64,000 nt of DNA from an uncultured Spirochaetota bacterium. Its GTDB lineage: Bacteria; Spirochaetota; Spirochaetia; SZUA-6; Fen-1364. Where the stretch lies: the NCBI GenBank assembly GCA_963845535.1, contig CAWJSK010000015.1, positions 32,001 to 96,000 on the forward strand, given 5' to 3'. Shown here piece by piece: positions 1-12,232 of the stretch. The position numbers and the translations under genes are program-made. The notes beneath the pieces were generated by a model. That model made no database searches. It saw only the letters and a list, made by a program, of their open reading frames with translations, and was not told the DNA's origin. The first letter of the stretch is position 1, and every line of letters starts with the position of its first letter.

Positions 1-97
1 CGATGAGCTGGAGGGCTCCTTCGGGGCAGTTGGGGATGCACAGGCCGCACCCGTTGCATGTATCGTGGTGGATCGAGATGATTTTTCTGGTGCTCAT
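1..97 (-). CDS. 4Fe-4S ferredoxin-domain protein, 5' part (runs off window)
   Basis: Manual translation MSTRKIISIHHDTCNGCGLCIPNCPEGALQLI contains CxxCxxCxxxCP; not in the ORF track. Confidence 0.85.
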   Translation of the reverse strand, partial: MSTRKIISIHHDTCNGCGLCIPNCPEGALQLI

Positions 98-167
98 GGG
101 AAGAGGATACCCCGCCACGCCGCGGCGGTCCTTGACGGGGAGCAAACGGGAACGGGACCGAGCGCGC

Positions 168-2448
<2,281 letters not shown>

Positions 2449-2542
2449 AGGGACGAACCTCCATGCGAAAGCGCCAAGGCGGGGAGAGCGGTGCTTTTCC
2501 TTGACACCCCCTCCCCATTCCGATATCTTGGGGAAAATATCG

Positions 2543-4294
2543 ATGCACCTTGATGCCAATCAATCACACGCTGAAATCCTCCAGATCCTGAGAAAAGCCG
2601 GATTCGCACCCCCCACCCCGGCGCAGGAAAAACTGGCGCCTCTTTTCCTCAAGGGCAGGGACGCGGTGGTGGAATCCGCGCGCGCCTCGGACTCCGCCCC
2701 CGGTTTCTTTCTCCCTCTTATTCTCGGCCTTCGCGGAGCCGGGCTTGCGCCGCGTGCCCTTCTTCTTGTGCCGGCACAGCAGGACGTTGAAAAGATATCG
2801 CAGGCAATCGGGCGTTTCACGCGCGTCGTAAAGGACCTCCCGGCCTTTGTGCCGTTGGGGGAGATCGAGGATGAGCGGCGCGAGCAGCGGCGCCTGGAAA
2901 AAGGGGCAACCGTCGTCGCCGGCACCACGGAGCGCGTTATTGACCACGTTCGCCGGGGGAGCCTGGAGACCGGTCAGCTTGCCGCGGTGGTCGTCCAGGA
3001 GCCCGAGGGAGAGCTCCGAGCGGATTTCATCAAGGACGTGCAGTTCATTTTTGCCCGGTTATCGGGCCGTCATCAGATGATTCTTTTCACCTCGCTTCCC
3101 GCCGGACAGGAGAGCGAGTTGCTGGCCCTCCTTCACCACCCGGTTGTCGTGACTGAGACCTCGTCGTCCGCCATCCCCGTTTCCGCGGGCAAGGAAAACC
3201 TTCTCTTCGAAGTGCCGGCCGGGGACAAAGTCCAGGCGCTTGCCCGGGTCCTCCTTGGCCGCAAGGTCCCCTCCGCCCTCGTGCTTTGCCCGGGGCGCAT
3301 GGACCCGCTGAAGGTGTCCCAGGCTCTCCGCTCACGGCAGCTTCGCGCCGTTGCGTGGCCTTCCGGTCCGTTGACGGGCGCCGGAGGCCAGCGCGGGAGG
3401 TCCGTACGGGGGGCCGGCGCGGAGAGGGCCTCCATCCAGGCGGCGTTGTCCCGAGGGGACGCGGACGTCGTTATTGGCTCCTCGCTTCCGGAGGGTTTTT
3501 CGCCGTCCCACGTGGTGTACCTCGAGGTCCCCGCCGGCATTCGTCCCGTGCGGTGGACTTCTTCTCTCATCGCTCTTGTGGATCGGGGCCAGGAAAAGGA
3601 AATCTCACGACTGCAGGAGGCGGTTGGCGTGACACTAAAAAAGGAAGAGCTTCCGACTGACAAAGAGGTCGTCGTAGGCTTGATAGACCGGGTCCTTCAG
3701 AACTTGAAGGACGACAAGGAAGGGACTCAGCTCGCGCAGCTTCGTTCGCTGATTCGCCGCCAGGTCCCGCTCCTCCAGCGCCCGCTCTTCATGGCGTACC
3801 TGTTGAAGTCCCTGCTTCCGGCGGGAGCGGTGGGCGTCCCGACTGCCCAACCCCAGGATACCGCCGGGCGCGCTTTCGCGGGGCGGGAGGCGCTCCCCGC
3901 GCAGGGACGGCCGGCCCCGCGCCGCGGCGCCCCGGCCCAAGCCCCGGCCGCGGCGGAGCCGGGGAAGGCTTCCCGCGGAAGGTTTGCCCGGAGCATCGAG
4001 GTTCCGCGGTCACCCGCTGAAGCGCAGCCGGGCAAGGGGTTCACGCAGCTTTTCGTCAGCATCGGCAGGAACAGGCGCGTCTACGCCCGCGAGCTTGCCG
4101 AGTTGTTCACGGAAAAGCTCCAGCTCGGAGCCAACGAGCTGGGCAGCGTGCGCGTCTTTGACAAGTATTCCTTCGTGGACATCAACCCTGCCAGGGCGGA
4201 TGAGGCAATCACGCGCCTTTCCGGCAGCGAAATGAAAGGCCGGACCATCACCGTCAATTACGCAAAGAAGAAGGAAGAGAAAGGCGAGCACTGA
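2543..4294 (+). CDS. Degenerate DEAD-box helicase-like protein with C-terminal DbpA RNA-binding domain
   Basis: Q-motif-like GFAPPTPAQ and Ib-like GTTERVIDH, but Walker A and DEAD are absent; C-terminal LFVSIGRNRRV...FDKYSFVDI. Confidence 0.78.
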   Translation: MHLDANQSHAEILQILRKAGFAPPTPAQEKLAPLFLKGRDAVVESARASDSAPGFFLPLILGLRGAGLAPRALLLVPAQQDVEKISQAIGRFTRVVKDLPAFVPLGEIEDERREQRRLEKGATVVAGTTERVIDHVRRGSLETGQLAAVVVQEPEGELRADFIKDVQFIFARLSGRHQMILFTSLPAGQESELLALLHHPVVVTETSSSAIPVSAGKENLLFEVPAGDKVQALARVLLGRKVPSALVLCPGRMDPLKVSQALRSRQLRAVAWPSGPLTGAGGQRGRSVRGAGAERASIQAALSRGDADVVIGSSLPEGFSPSHVVYLEVPAGIRPVRWTSSLIALVDRGQEKEISRLQEAVGVTLKKEELPTDKEVVVGLIDRVLQNLKDDKEGTQLAQLRSLIRRQVPLLQRPLFMAYLLKSLLPAGAVGVPTAQPQDTAGRAFAGREALPAQGRPAPRRGAPAQAPAAAEPGKASRGRFARSIEVPRSPAEAQPGKGFTQLFVSIGRNRRVYARELAELFTEKLQLGANELGSVRVFDKYSFVDINPARADEAITRLSGSEMKGRTITVNYAKKKEEKGEH

Positions 4295-4971
4295 TGCCGG
4301 CGGACCTCCTGGAGACCGCGTGGCCTGCGGTAGCCAGCCCTCTTCTCCATCTGCCCTTCGCCTCTCGGCTGGAAGTGGAGATTGGGTGCGGGAACGGACA
4401 CTTCCTCTGCGAATATGCGGCGGAACGGCGTGAGGCAACCCTTGTCGGCATCGACATAAAAAAAAAGAGGTGTCTCAAGGCGCAGGACAAAGCCGAGCGC
4501 CGGGGGTACAGAAATGTCGTCATCATCAATGCGAGCGCCGAAAAGGTCCTTCAGGACCTGCCGGGCGGCTCGGTTGACGCATTCCACATCTACTTTCCCG
4601 ACCCGTGGCCCAAGAGCAGGCATCGAAAGAGAAGATTTTTCACCATGGGGAACCTCCTCATCATGCACAACCTGCTCAAGGAAGGGGGGCGGCTGCACTT
4701 TGGGACTGATTTCTTCGACTACTATATCCAGGCGAAAGTGCTCGTTGCTCTCCATCCCGGGTTTTCCATCACGGAAGAGCCCGCGCCGGCCCCCGTCCTC
4801 TCCTCCCTCTATGGACGCAAGTTCGTCGGCGTGAGCAAACAGATCCTCATCTTTTCAGCCGTCAAGACGGCCGCAGCATCCGTGACGGCCGGCTCAACGG
4901 ATGAGAAAAGACAGGAGGAAGAACATCAGCGGGATGTTGATGGCCGTGTTGAGGATGATGAAGAGCGCTGA
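4294..4971 (+). CDS. trmB: tRNA (guanine-N7)-methyltransferase
   Basis: EIGCGNG SAM motif, FPDPWPKSRHRKRR, GTD; start overlaps upstream stop (TGATG). Confidence 0.9.
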   Translation: MPADLLETAWPAVASPLLHLPFASRLEVEIGCGNGHFLCEYAAERREATLVGIDIKKKRCLKAQDKAERRGYRNVVIINASAEKVLQDLPGGSVDAFHIYFPDPWPKSRHRKRRFFTMGNLLIMHNLLKEGGRLHFGTDFFDYYIQAKVLVALHPGFSITEEPAPAPVLSSLYGRKFVGVSKQILIFSAVKTAAASVTAGSTDEKRQEEEHQRDVDGRVEDDEER

Positions 4972-6162
4972 AACCATTGCGTAGACGGACGCCATGCGGC
5001 CGCTCCTGGCGGAGATGGCTTCCGGGTCCCCTTCCAGAAGCATGAGCTCCGCCATCGGATCTTCGGGCTTGGAGAGCACGAAGCTCCCGCCTTCCACCCG
5101 GTAACCCCCAAAGGCCACGCATGCGCCGTCCGCAGGGCCTGGCGATGCGCGGCGCGCGCCACGCGCTCTGCGCAAAGGCAGATCCGCGGCGACTCTTCTG
5201 ACGTCGAGCGGAAGCACCACGGAGTGCCCGTCCGACGTCACCAGGCCGGCCGCTGGTTCTCCGGCAGCCCCCCCCGCGGCCTTCATTGCCTTGATCATGA
5301 TGTAGGGCTCCCGGTCCGGCAGGAGCGTGGTTCTCCTGACGCCTTCGTCGTCGATGGTGGACGGGAAGTAACGCATGGGCAGGCGCACAATGTCGCGCTG
5401 CACCCTCATCAGGCGCGCCTTTTTCCAGAACCGGCGGTAGGCGAGGTACAGCGGGAACGCGGGGGGGAGAAAGGGCGATACAGGGGCGAGGCCGGCGGCC
5501 AGCGCCACCAGGGCGAGCACGCGCGCCTCGGGGGCGGCGAGGAGACGATAGGCGAGCAGGATGAGCGAGAGAGAGCCGATGGCAACCGACGGGAGCGTGA
5601 AGGGGTTCATGTACTCGTTGCGTTGCCGTCCGCCGCGGATGGCGGATTCGACAATGCTCTCCCGGGGGCAGTCATGGATCACGACCAGGAGCCTGGCCTT
5701 CCCATACCCACGAAAAACACCGCGGCCTTCCTCGGAGAACAGCGCTCCGCCGACAAAGACCGGCGTTCCTTCCGGGAGAGAGAATATCCGGCTCCACGGC
5801 ACGCTGCGCAGCTCCGTGTCCTCAGCGGCGGCGGCGTGAGCGGTATCCTGGCCGCCGTCTTCCGGGATCAGGTATACGTGGACGTTCCTCAAGTCCGCGG
5901 CAACGGAGAACCTGCCGTTGGTTATCCATATTCTGTGCTCGCCCTGGATGGCCTCCAGCGTCCCGAAGAAACGGAAAAGGCCGATGAACGCATTCCGCTC
6001 CCGTCCAACCGCGTGGGGAGTGGCGGTAGGGTAGCGCGAGACCTCGTGGATGGTCCGGCGAAAGACCCTCCACCGGCCCCGGACGCGAAATGCCCCGATT
6101 CCCGGGAAGACTGCGTAAAAAAGGAGCGCGATTGCCAGGATGAGGAGGAGATACCACATCAT
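4894..6162 (-). CDS. Hypothetical membrane protein
   Basis: 422-aa ORF with N-terminal, central and C-terminal hydrophobic segments. Confidence 0.7.
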   Translation of the reverse strand: MMWYLLLILAIALLFYAVFPGIGAFRVRGRWRVFRRTIHEVSRYPTATPHAVGRERNAFIGLFRFFGTLEAIQGEHRIWITNGRFSVAADLRNVHVYLIPEDGGQDTAHAAAAEDTELRSVPWSRIFSLPEGTPVFVGGALFSEEGRGVFRGYGKARLLVVIHDCPRESIVESAIRGGRQRNEYMNPFTLPSVAIGSLSLILLAYRLLAAPEARVLALVALAAGLAPVSPFLPPAFPLYLAYRRFWKKARLMRVQRDIVRLPMRYFPSTIDDEGVRRTTLLPDREPYIMIKAMKAAGGAAGEPAAGLVTSDGHSVVLPLDVRRVAADLPLRRARGARRASPGPADGACVAFGGYRVEGGSFVLSKPEDPMAELMLLEGDPEAISARSGRMASVYAMVSALFIILNTAINIPLMFFLLSFLIR

Positions 6163-6209
6163 ATCGCGTATTGATAAAGGGCTGCGAATCCTTTAGGCTG
6201 GAGTATATC

Positions 6210-7202
6210 ATGGTGGAGAGAGTTGTCGTAGGTCCTTGGAAGACAAATTGTTACATCTTTTCCAGTACCAAGAAAGAATGCATCATCATTGATCCAGGAG
6301 GGGATGAGGAGGAGATAGCCTCCCGTGTCGACGTTCTCAACATGGTGCCCGTCGGCATTGCCCTGACACACGGCCACGTAGACCACCTTGCCGCTCTCGG
6401 GAGGCTCCAGTCGAGCTACGCCGGCCGCGGGTACACTCTTCCCATCGCAATCAGTCCCGCTGACCGCCGCTTCCTGGGATCGGGAGCGCTGGAGGCGCAC
6501 AAGGAGAGCCTCAAGGGCCATGCGCTGGACGAGCTGGCTTTCTTCACCGGGGACGCCCCCGAGCTGCCGAAGGCGGACGTGAGGCTCAGGGAAGGGGACC
6601 GGGTTTTCGACATGGACCTCGTTGTCCTGGAAACCCCCGGGCACACACCGGGAAGCCTCTGTTTCTACAGCGAGAAGGAAGGGGTGCTCTTCTCGGGTGA
6701 CACTCTGTTTTTCGACGGAGTGGGAAGAACCGACCTTCCCGGAGGGAGTGACAAGAGGCTCAGGGAAAGCATCGAAAAGAAGATCGCGGTCCTCCCACCG
6801 GAGACGCGAGTGTTCCCAGGCCATGGCCCTTTCACCACCGTGGAAAGGGAAAGGCGGGGGAACCCCTTTTTCCGCCAGCCGCCGCCGGAGCCCAAGCCGC
6901 CTGAGCCTCAGAAGCGCGCGCCCGCAAAAACAGCGGGGAAGCCCGCCCGACGGCAGTCGGTTGCCCGGCCCAAGGCCACCAGGTCTCCAAAGGCCGGACG
7001 GGCCGGCCAGCAGCCGAGCAGGAAAACCGTGAACGCCAAGGTGAAGACGCTTCGGCCCAAGGGAGCAAAAGACGACCGGCGCGCTGCAAAGCCCGCGGTC
7101 CGGCGCGCTGCGGCAAAAAGCGCGGCGCGGCCCGTTCGGACCCGCGCGCACAGTCCCGTCAAATCGACCCAACGGATGTCCGCAAAGAAAAAGGGACGCT
7201 AA
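6210..7202 (+). CDS. MBL-fold metallo-hydrolase (glyoxalase II-like) with basic C-terminal tail
   Basis: THGHVDH, TPGHTPGS, GDTLF, PGHG motifs; K/R/A/P-rich tail. Confidence 0.9.
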   Translation: MVERVVVGPWKTNCYIFSSTKKECIIIDPGGDEEEIASRVDVLNMVPVGIALTHGHVDHLAALGRLQSSYAGRGYTLPIAISPADRRFLGSGALEAHKESLKGHALDELAFFTGDAPELPKADVRLREGDRVFDMDLVVLETPGHTPGSLCFYSEKEGVLFSGDTLFFDGVGRTDLPGGSDKRLRESIEKKIAVLPPETRVFPGHGPFTTVERERRGNPFFRQPPPEPKPPEPQKRAPAKTAGKPARRQSVARPKATRSPKAGRAGQQPSRKTVNAKVKTLRPKGAKDDRRAAKPAVRRAAAKSAARPVRTRAHSPVKSTQRMSAKKKGR

Positions 7203-7226
7203 GCCGGGCCGCGGCGCGCTATGGCG

Positions 7227-7583
7227 TTATCGGTTACGGCGCTCTTCGGATGATTTGCAATCTATGCACAGGAGAGCGTAAGGGATGGCTTCAAGCCTCT
7301 CACGGGGGATCTTCTTGGAGCATCTGGCGCACAGGCCGTACTTCTTGTTTTCGATCCTGGCAAGCGCAGACTCGATGAGCTGCAAGCGGCGCAGCTCCTG
7401 GGTCCCCAGGGCTTCGAGCGTCTTGCGGTCAATGTCATCCGCGGCAATGTCCGCCAGGTCCTTCGGATCCATGTCTTCTATTATGGTGCGGAAATCCTCA
7501 CTCTCAGAAGCCAGGTTTTTCAGAATTTCCTTTTTAAGGTCGATAAGCGAGACTCTCATTTTCTTGAGGAAGTTTTCTTCCAT
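7227..7583 (-). CDS. TraR/DksA family C4 zinc-finger regulator
   Basis: DxxDxA motif; YGLCARC...ERLEAIPYALLCIDC. Confidence 0.9.
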   Translation of the reverse strand: MEENFLKKMRVSLIDLKKEILKNLASESEDFRTIIEDMDPKDLADIAADDIDRKTLEALGTQELRRLQLIESALARIENKKYGLCARCSKKIPRERLEAIPYALLCIDCKSSEERRNR

Positions 7584-7739
7584 GCGGTTACCTTTAGGGA
7601 AAGGAATCTACATACAAACATCGCCAGTTGTCAATCCCAGGTCAAAAATCGCCTAAACCTCCAGAGTTTTCCCCCATTTCCTCCCGACCGTTGACAGCGT
7701 GTCTCAAAGCGCCTACACTGAATTTCAAAGGAGAGCTCA

Positions 7740-7958
7740 TTGCCGAAGGAAGAAGCCATTGAAGTCGACGGAAAAGTGAAAGAATCGCTTCCCAACACTA
7801 TGTTCAGGGTAGAGTTGGAAAATGGGCACCTTATCCTTGCCCACCTTTCTGGAAAGATGAGGAAACACTACATCCGCATTGTCCCGGGAGACAAGGTGAA
7901 AGTCGCCTTATCCCCCTATGATCTCACGCGCGGAAGGATCATCTTCCGCGAGAGATAG
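7740..7958 (+). CDS. infA: Translation initiation factor IF-1
   Basis: [14 protein letters not shown]...[11 protein letters not shown]...[10 protein letters not shown]. Confidence 0.98.
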   Translation: MPKEEAIEVDGKVKESLPNTMFRVELENGHLILAHLSGKMRKHYIRIVPGDKVKVALSPYDLTRGRIIFRER

Positions 7959-7981
7959 CTCGCGCGCCACGCACGTCCCGG

Positions 7982-9262
7982 CTACGACCTGTAATCCGCG
8001 TTCTCCTTGACGTAATCATAGGAAAGATCGGATCCAAGCACCTCCGCAAACAGGGACGAAATTCCCAGAATGACTTCTATGTCCACGGTCTTGTCGTGCT
8101 GAGGCCACGGAGGGCGCCGCGTGTCGAGGGCCCGATCTTTCAGGTAGGCGCTGAGCTTCTCCTCCTTGACGGAGTCGAGCTGGAAGCCGCCGCCGGCAAA
8201 GATGTCCACGCCGCCCATGCGCACCCGCACGCCGGCCGGATCCAACGGCTCACCTGCGTTCCCCAGGTAGTCGCCGACTGCTGAGATGATCCTTCCGACG
8301 TTCGGATCATTCCCGAATATCGCCGTCTTCACGAGCGGCGAGTTCACGATGGCGCGGGCCACCGACAACGCCGTGCTCTCATTCCTGCCGCCGGTCACCC
8401 GGACCCGCATCACGTGCCCCACCCCCTCGGCGTTGCGCATGATGTCGAAGGCAAGCCCGGACAGGACCTCGAGAAGCCCTTGCCGGAGCTCCTCCCGCGG
8501 CACCGCGGGGCGTCGTCCTGAGGACAAAATGATTGCCGTGTCGCTCGTGCTCTGGTCGCTATCCACGGAGATGCGGTTCAGCGACCTCTCCACGCACCAT
8601 GCAAGCTCCTCCCGCAGCGTCTCCCGGGGCATGGCGATATCCGTGCAGACAAAGCAGAGCAGAGTGGCCATGTTCGGCTCGATCATTCCCGCCCCTTTCG
8701 CGGTCCCCAGGATTGTTCCCTGACCAACCGAAGCCCGTCGTACTTTCGGGAAAGCGTCAGTAGTCATGATTGCGCGCGCAAGGGGCAGGATGGAGGAGCG
8801 GTCCAGCCCGGCCACGAGCCGGGGAAGCGCCTCTTCCATTTCCCGCAGCGGCAGTCCCCACCCGATTATCCCCGTGGAGGCGGCGAAAAAACTCTCCGCT
8901 GAGGCTCCGAGCTGGGAGCCGAGGGCGGCCAAAAGAGCTTCAGCGTCCTTTTCTCCGTCCGGCGTGCCGACGTTGGAGATCTTGTTGTTGATGAGGATGC
9001 CCTGGATGGAATCCCGCTCCAGCCTTCGCCGCCCCAGGAGAACGGGCGCGCCGGGAAAACGATTGCGCGTGAATACGGCGGCAAAATCCCTGCTCGGCTG
9101 GTCGAGCAGGATGAGCGCAAGGTTCATGGGAAGCGGCTGGGGGACGCTTTTTTCCCGGGGGAAGAACTCAAGCGATGCCGTTGCGCATCGGAATCCCTCC
9201 GGCAGGGCGGACCGGGCCGCAAGCTCTTTCAGGTAGTCTGATTCTGATGAGAATGATTCCAC
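7982..9262 (-). CDS. argJ: Bifunctional ornithine acetyltransferase / N-acetylglutamate synthase
   Basis: STGIIG, IMTTD, AKGAGMIEPNMATLL, DSDQSTSD, NSPLVKTAIFGNDPNVGR. Confidence 0.95.
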   Translation of the reverse strand: MESFSSESDYLKELAARSALPEGFRCATASLEFFPREKSVPQPLPMNLALILLDQPSRDFAAVFTRNRFPGAPVLLGRRRLERDSIQGILINNKISNVGTPDGEKDAEALLAALGSQLGASAESFFAASTGIIGWGLPLREMEEALPRLVAGLDRSSILPLARAIMTTDAFPKVRRASVGQGTILGTAKGAGMIEPNMATLLCFVCTDIAMPRETLREELAWCVERSLNRISVDSDQSTSDTAIILSSGRRPAVPREELRQGLLEVLSGLAFDIMRNAEGVGHVMRVRVTGGRNESTALSVARAIVNSPLVKTAIFGNDPNVGRIISAVGDYLGNAGEPLDPAGVRVRMGGVDIFAGGGFQLDSVKEEKLSAYLKDRALDTRRPPWPQHDKTVDIEVILGISSLFAEVLGSDLSYDYVKENADYRS

Positions 9263-9292
9263 AGGTTTTTATAACCGGGCCACGAGCGATAT

Positions 9293-10339
9293 TCAACCGT
9301 CAATGACGAGAGTGATGAGAAGCGGCAGATGGTCCGAGTAGCCTCGTTCCTTTTTCAGGCGCGTCCACTTCCGCGGCGTCCCGTCCGCACGGAGGAGGAA
9401 AGGGAGTCGCACCGCGTGGAAACTTCCTTTCTTGTAGCGCAAGCCGCTGGAGCCCAGAAGCCCGGCGGAGAGGAGGATGTGATCCATGGTTTCCCACTCC
9501 CCCTGGTAGAAATAGGATCCCCGTTCCGCCGGGCTCAGCTCGACCCAGGGTTCGTAAAGGATGACGCGCCCTCGGGGATCCACCGAAGGACCCGTGTTTT
9601 CGTCCGCAAGAAAGAGGCTGGAAACGGAATAGGGCGCGGGGACGGTTTTCGAAGCGGGGATGAGGGCGGTCTGGTAGCCGCCGCCGACCCTTTCGAGCTC
9701 ATCAGAGTTCTCATTCATGTCTCCGGCAACGATGATGCGCGCGGACGGGTCCTGGGCCAGCATTTCCTTGATCCTGCGGACCACGATCCCCGCGGACTCC
9801 AGGCGTGAACGCTCTGTTGCCCGGGCGCCGCCGGCCTTCGATTTCCAGTGGTCGTCAAACACGTGGAGGACGCCGCCCGCGGTCTCTATCTCTGCCTCGA
9901 TGACGTCACGCACCGGGTTCTTCCGCCAGGCGTGCACGGCATTCGAGCGCACGTGGGAAATGGGGAACCGGCTCGCAATGGCGACGTTGGCGGCAAGCTT
10001 CTTTTTCGGCACGAGGACGGAGAAGTTGTAACCCAGCCCGGAAAGCCCGGAGGTGAGGAGGACGTGGAGGGCATTTTCGTTCTCCACTTCCTGGAGCAGG
10101 AGGACGTCAGGACCGCCGGGGACCGCCTTCCGTACCACTTCGGCAATGGTTTCCACGCGCATATGGAAGAGGTCCGAGCTCCATACGCCGCGGGCCGGGT
10201 CGAACTCCGGAAACTCCGAGCCGTCATGGACGTCATCAAACAGGTTCTCCACGTTGTAGCTGAGGACGGTGAGCTCCCGGGCCCCGAGGGGCCACAGCCA
10301 GGAGAGCAGAAGGATGACGGCAAGGAAGAAGCGTCTCAC
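9293..10339 (-). CDS. Exported endonuclease/exonuclease/phosphatase family protein
   Basis: Signal peptide; SYNVENLFD, LQEVEN, HWKS, AGDMN, DHIL, SDHLP; GTG start overlaps purC stop. Confidence 0.88.
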   Translation of the reverse strand: MRRFFLAVILLLSWLWPLGARELTVLSYNVENLFDDVHDGSEFPEFDPARGVWSSDLFHMRVETIAEVVRKAVPGGPDVLLLQEVENENALHVLLTSGLSGLGYNFSVLVPKKKLAANVAIASRFPISHVRSNAVHAWRKNPVRDVIEAEIETAGGVLHVFDDHWKSKAGGARATERSRLESAGIVVRRIKEMLAQDPSARIIVAGDMNENSDELERVGGGYQTALIPASKTVPAPYSVSSLFLADENTGPSVDPRGRVILYEPWVELSPAERGSYFYQGEWETMDHILLSAGLLGSSGLRYKKGSFHAVRLPFLLRADGTPRKWTRLKKERGYSDHLPLLITLVIDG

Positions 10340-11292
10340 CTTTCCGCCGCCGAGGTCACGATGGCCGCCTCTTCGCGGGCGCCTGCGGCGCGAGGCGTGA
10401 AGCCTTTCCCGGTGATGGTCTGCCAGGCCGTGACGTACCGCCACGCCACTTCTGTTCGAACTTCGTCAGGAATGTGAGGGCAGGGACCATCCCCCTTCCA
10501 TCCCCAGGCGATCAGCCACTGCCTGAGATACTCCTTGTCCAGCTCACGCTGCGGCTCCCCCGCCTTGAAGAGTCTCTCCCACGTGTCCGCGTACCAATAG
10601 CGGCTGGAATCCGGCGTGTGCACCTCATCCACGAGCATCAGCGTGCTTCCCCGAAGCCCGAACTCGTATTTGGTGTCCACCAGGAGGAGGCCCCTGCGAG
10701 CGGCAACCTCTTTTCCGCGTTTGTAGAGAGCGAGCGCGTCTTCCTCCACTTTTTCCCAGACTTTTGTTTCGACTTTTCCGCTGGCAAGCACTTCCTCACG
10801 GGAAACGGGCCTGTCATGGGTCCCCGTTCCTTCTTTCGTGGACGGCGTTATGAGGGGCACCTCGAACGCCTGGTTGAAGCGCATGCCGGCCGGCAGTCTG
10901 ATCCCGGAGATATCCTTGCCAGCCTGGTAGTCCCGCCAGGCAGAGCCGGTGAGGTATCCACGAACCACCACCTCGAACGGGAGAACCTCTGCCTTCGCGA
11001 CGCGCACCGTCCGGGGAGACACTTCCTCCCGCACGTGGTGCGGGACGATGTCCGCGCCCGCGGCGAACCAGAAGAGGGAGAGCGTGTTCAGCACTTCTCC
11101 TTTGCACGGAATCGTGGTCAGGACGCTGTCAAAGGCGGAAATGCGGTCCGTTGTGGTGATCAGGAGCTCCTGTCCGAGGTCCACGACGTCCCTGACCTTC
11201 CCGCGCTGGAGCCGAGCGCCGCCGGGAAGCCCGCCAAGCTCGAGATGGTCCAGGCAATCCCCGAGGCGGGCGGAAAGGTCCTCTTTTTTCAC
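10336..11292 (-). CDS. purC: SAICAR synthase
   Basis: GKVRD, TDRISAFD, VRGYLTGS, VDTKYEFG, DEVHTPDSSRYW. Confidence 0.95.
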   Translation of the reverse strand: MKKEDLSARLGDCLDHLELGGLPGGARLQRGKVRDVVDLGQELLITTTDRISAFDSVLTTIPCKGEVLNTLSLFWFAAGADIVPHHVREEVSPRTVRVAKAEVLPFEVVVRGYLTGSAWRDYQAGKDISGIRLPAGMRFNQAFEVPLITPSTKEGTGTHDRPVSREEVLASGKVETKVWEKVEEDALALYKRGKEVAARRGLLLVDTKYEFGLRGSTLMLVDEVHTPDSSRYWYADTWERLFKAGEPQRELDKEYLRQWLIAWGWKGDGPCPHIPDEVRTEVAWRYVTAWQTITGKGFTPRAAGAREEAAIVTSAAER

Positions 11293-11885
11293 CCCTTGAT
11301 CTCGTCCCGCTTGTGGATGACGCGGGAGAGAAGCCCGTAGGAGACGGCTTCCTCCGAGTTCATCCAGTAGTCACGGTCCGTGTCCTTCTCCACCTTCGAG
11401 ATTGCTTGTCCCGTTTCATCCGAGATCAGCTTGTTGATCTTTGCGCGCAGCTTTTCGATCTCCTTGGCCTGGATCTCGATCTCTGTTGCCACGCCCCGCG
11501 CGCCGCTGGAGGGCTGGTGGATGAGGTAATGGGAGTTCGGGAGGCCGAGGCGGCGCTCCCGCGGCGCGGCAAGGAGGATGAGCGCCGCCGCGCTTGCCAC
11601 GAGGCCCATGCCGATCATGGTTATCTGCGGCTTCACGAACCTCATCATGTCGAAGATGGCGTAGCCGGCGTCCGCGTCTCCGCCCGGGGAATCGATGTAG
11701 ACCTTGATGGGGTCCGGGCTCTCTTCCTCCAGGAGGATGAGGGACCTCGTCACCCGTTCCGCAAGCGGCTTGTTGATCTCTCCCGAGACCATGATGGTGC
11801 GAGACTTGAGCATCCTGGCGAAGAACATCCCTTCGTCGATGCGGGGCGCGCCTTCCGGTTCTTCCGGTTTGTCCTGCATGTTCAT
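11289..11885 (-). CDS. clpP: ATP-dependent Clp protease proteolytic subunit
   Basis: YIDSPGG, GLVASAA (catalytic Ser), LIHQP, DTDRDYWM. Confidence 0.93.
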   Translation of the reverse strand: MNMQDKPEEPEGAPRIDEGMFFARMLKSRTIMVSGEINKPLAERVTRSLILLEEESPDPIKVYIDSPGGDADAGYAIFDMMRFVKPQITMIGMGLVASAAALILLAAPRERRLGLPNSHYLIHQPSSGARGVATEIEIQAKEIEKLRAKINKLISDETGQAISKVEKDTDRDYWMNSEEAVSYGLLSRVIHKRDEIKG

Positions 11886-11955
11886 ACTATCGATTACAAT
11901 AAGAAAATTCCCGGTGAATGTCACTGGGTGGGCTGAGGGAGAAGTTGAGCAGGTG

Positions 11956-12050
11956 AAAAAAAGGCCGGGACATTTCTGCCCCGGCCACCCGTCAATCTTC
12001 CGTCCTCCAATTGGTACTGGAGGTCGTGGGGCGGAAGACTCCCAAAAACA
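11956..12050 (-). ncRNA. Candidate small RNA or clpP leader with its own promoter and intrinsic terminator
   Basis: TTGACA (12084-12079) and TATACT (12062-12057); nested hairpin 11996-12038; GC hairpin 11963-11986 followed by U7. Confidence 0.55.
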
Positions 12051-12232
12051 GCTTATAGTATACATCCGTTTCTTCTCGTGTCAACGAAAAAGCCTGATAC
12101 GTAAGGAAAAACCGCTGTTTTTACGGGAAAAAGTGGTGATCGTCTGTGTAGCTTTCGAAAGCGTCAGTACCGGATCCGGGCTCCCTTGCATGCGGATGGC
12201 GTTTCCCGCACAATGCCCTCCCGGAGGTGAGC

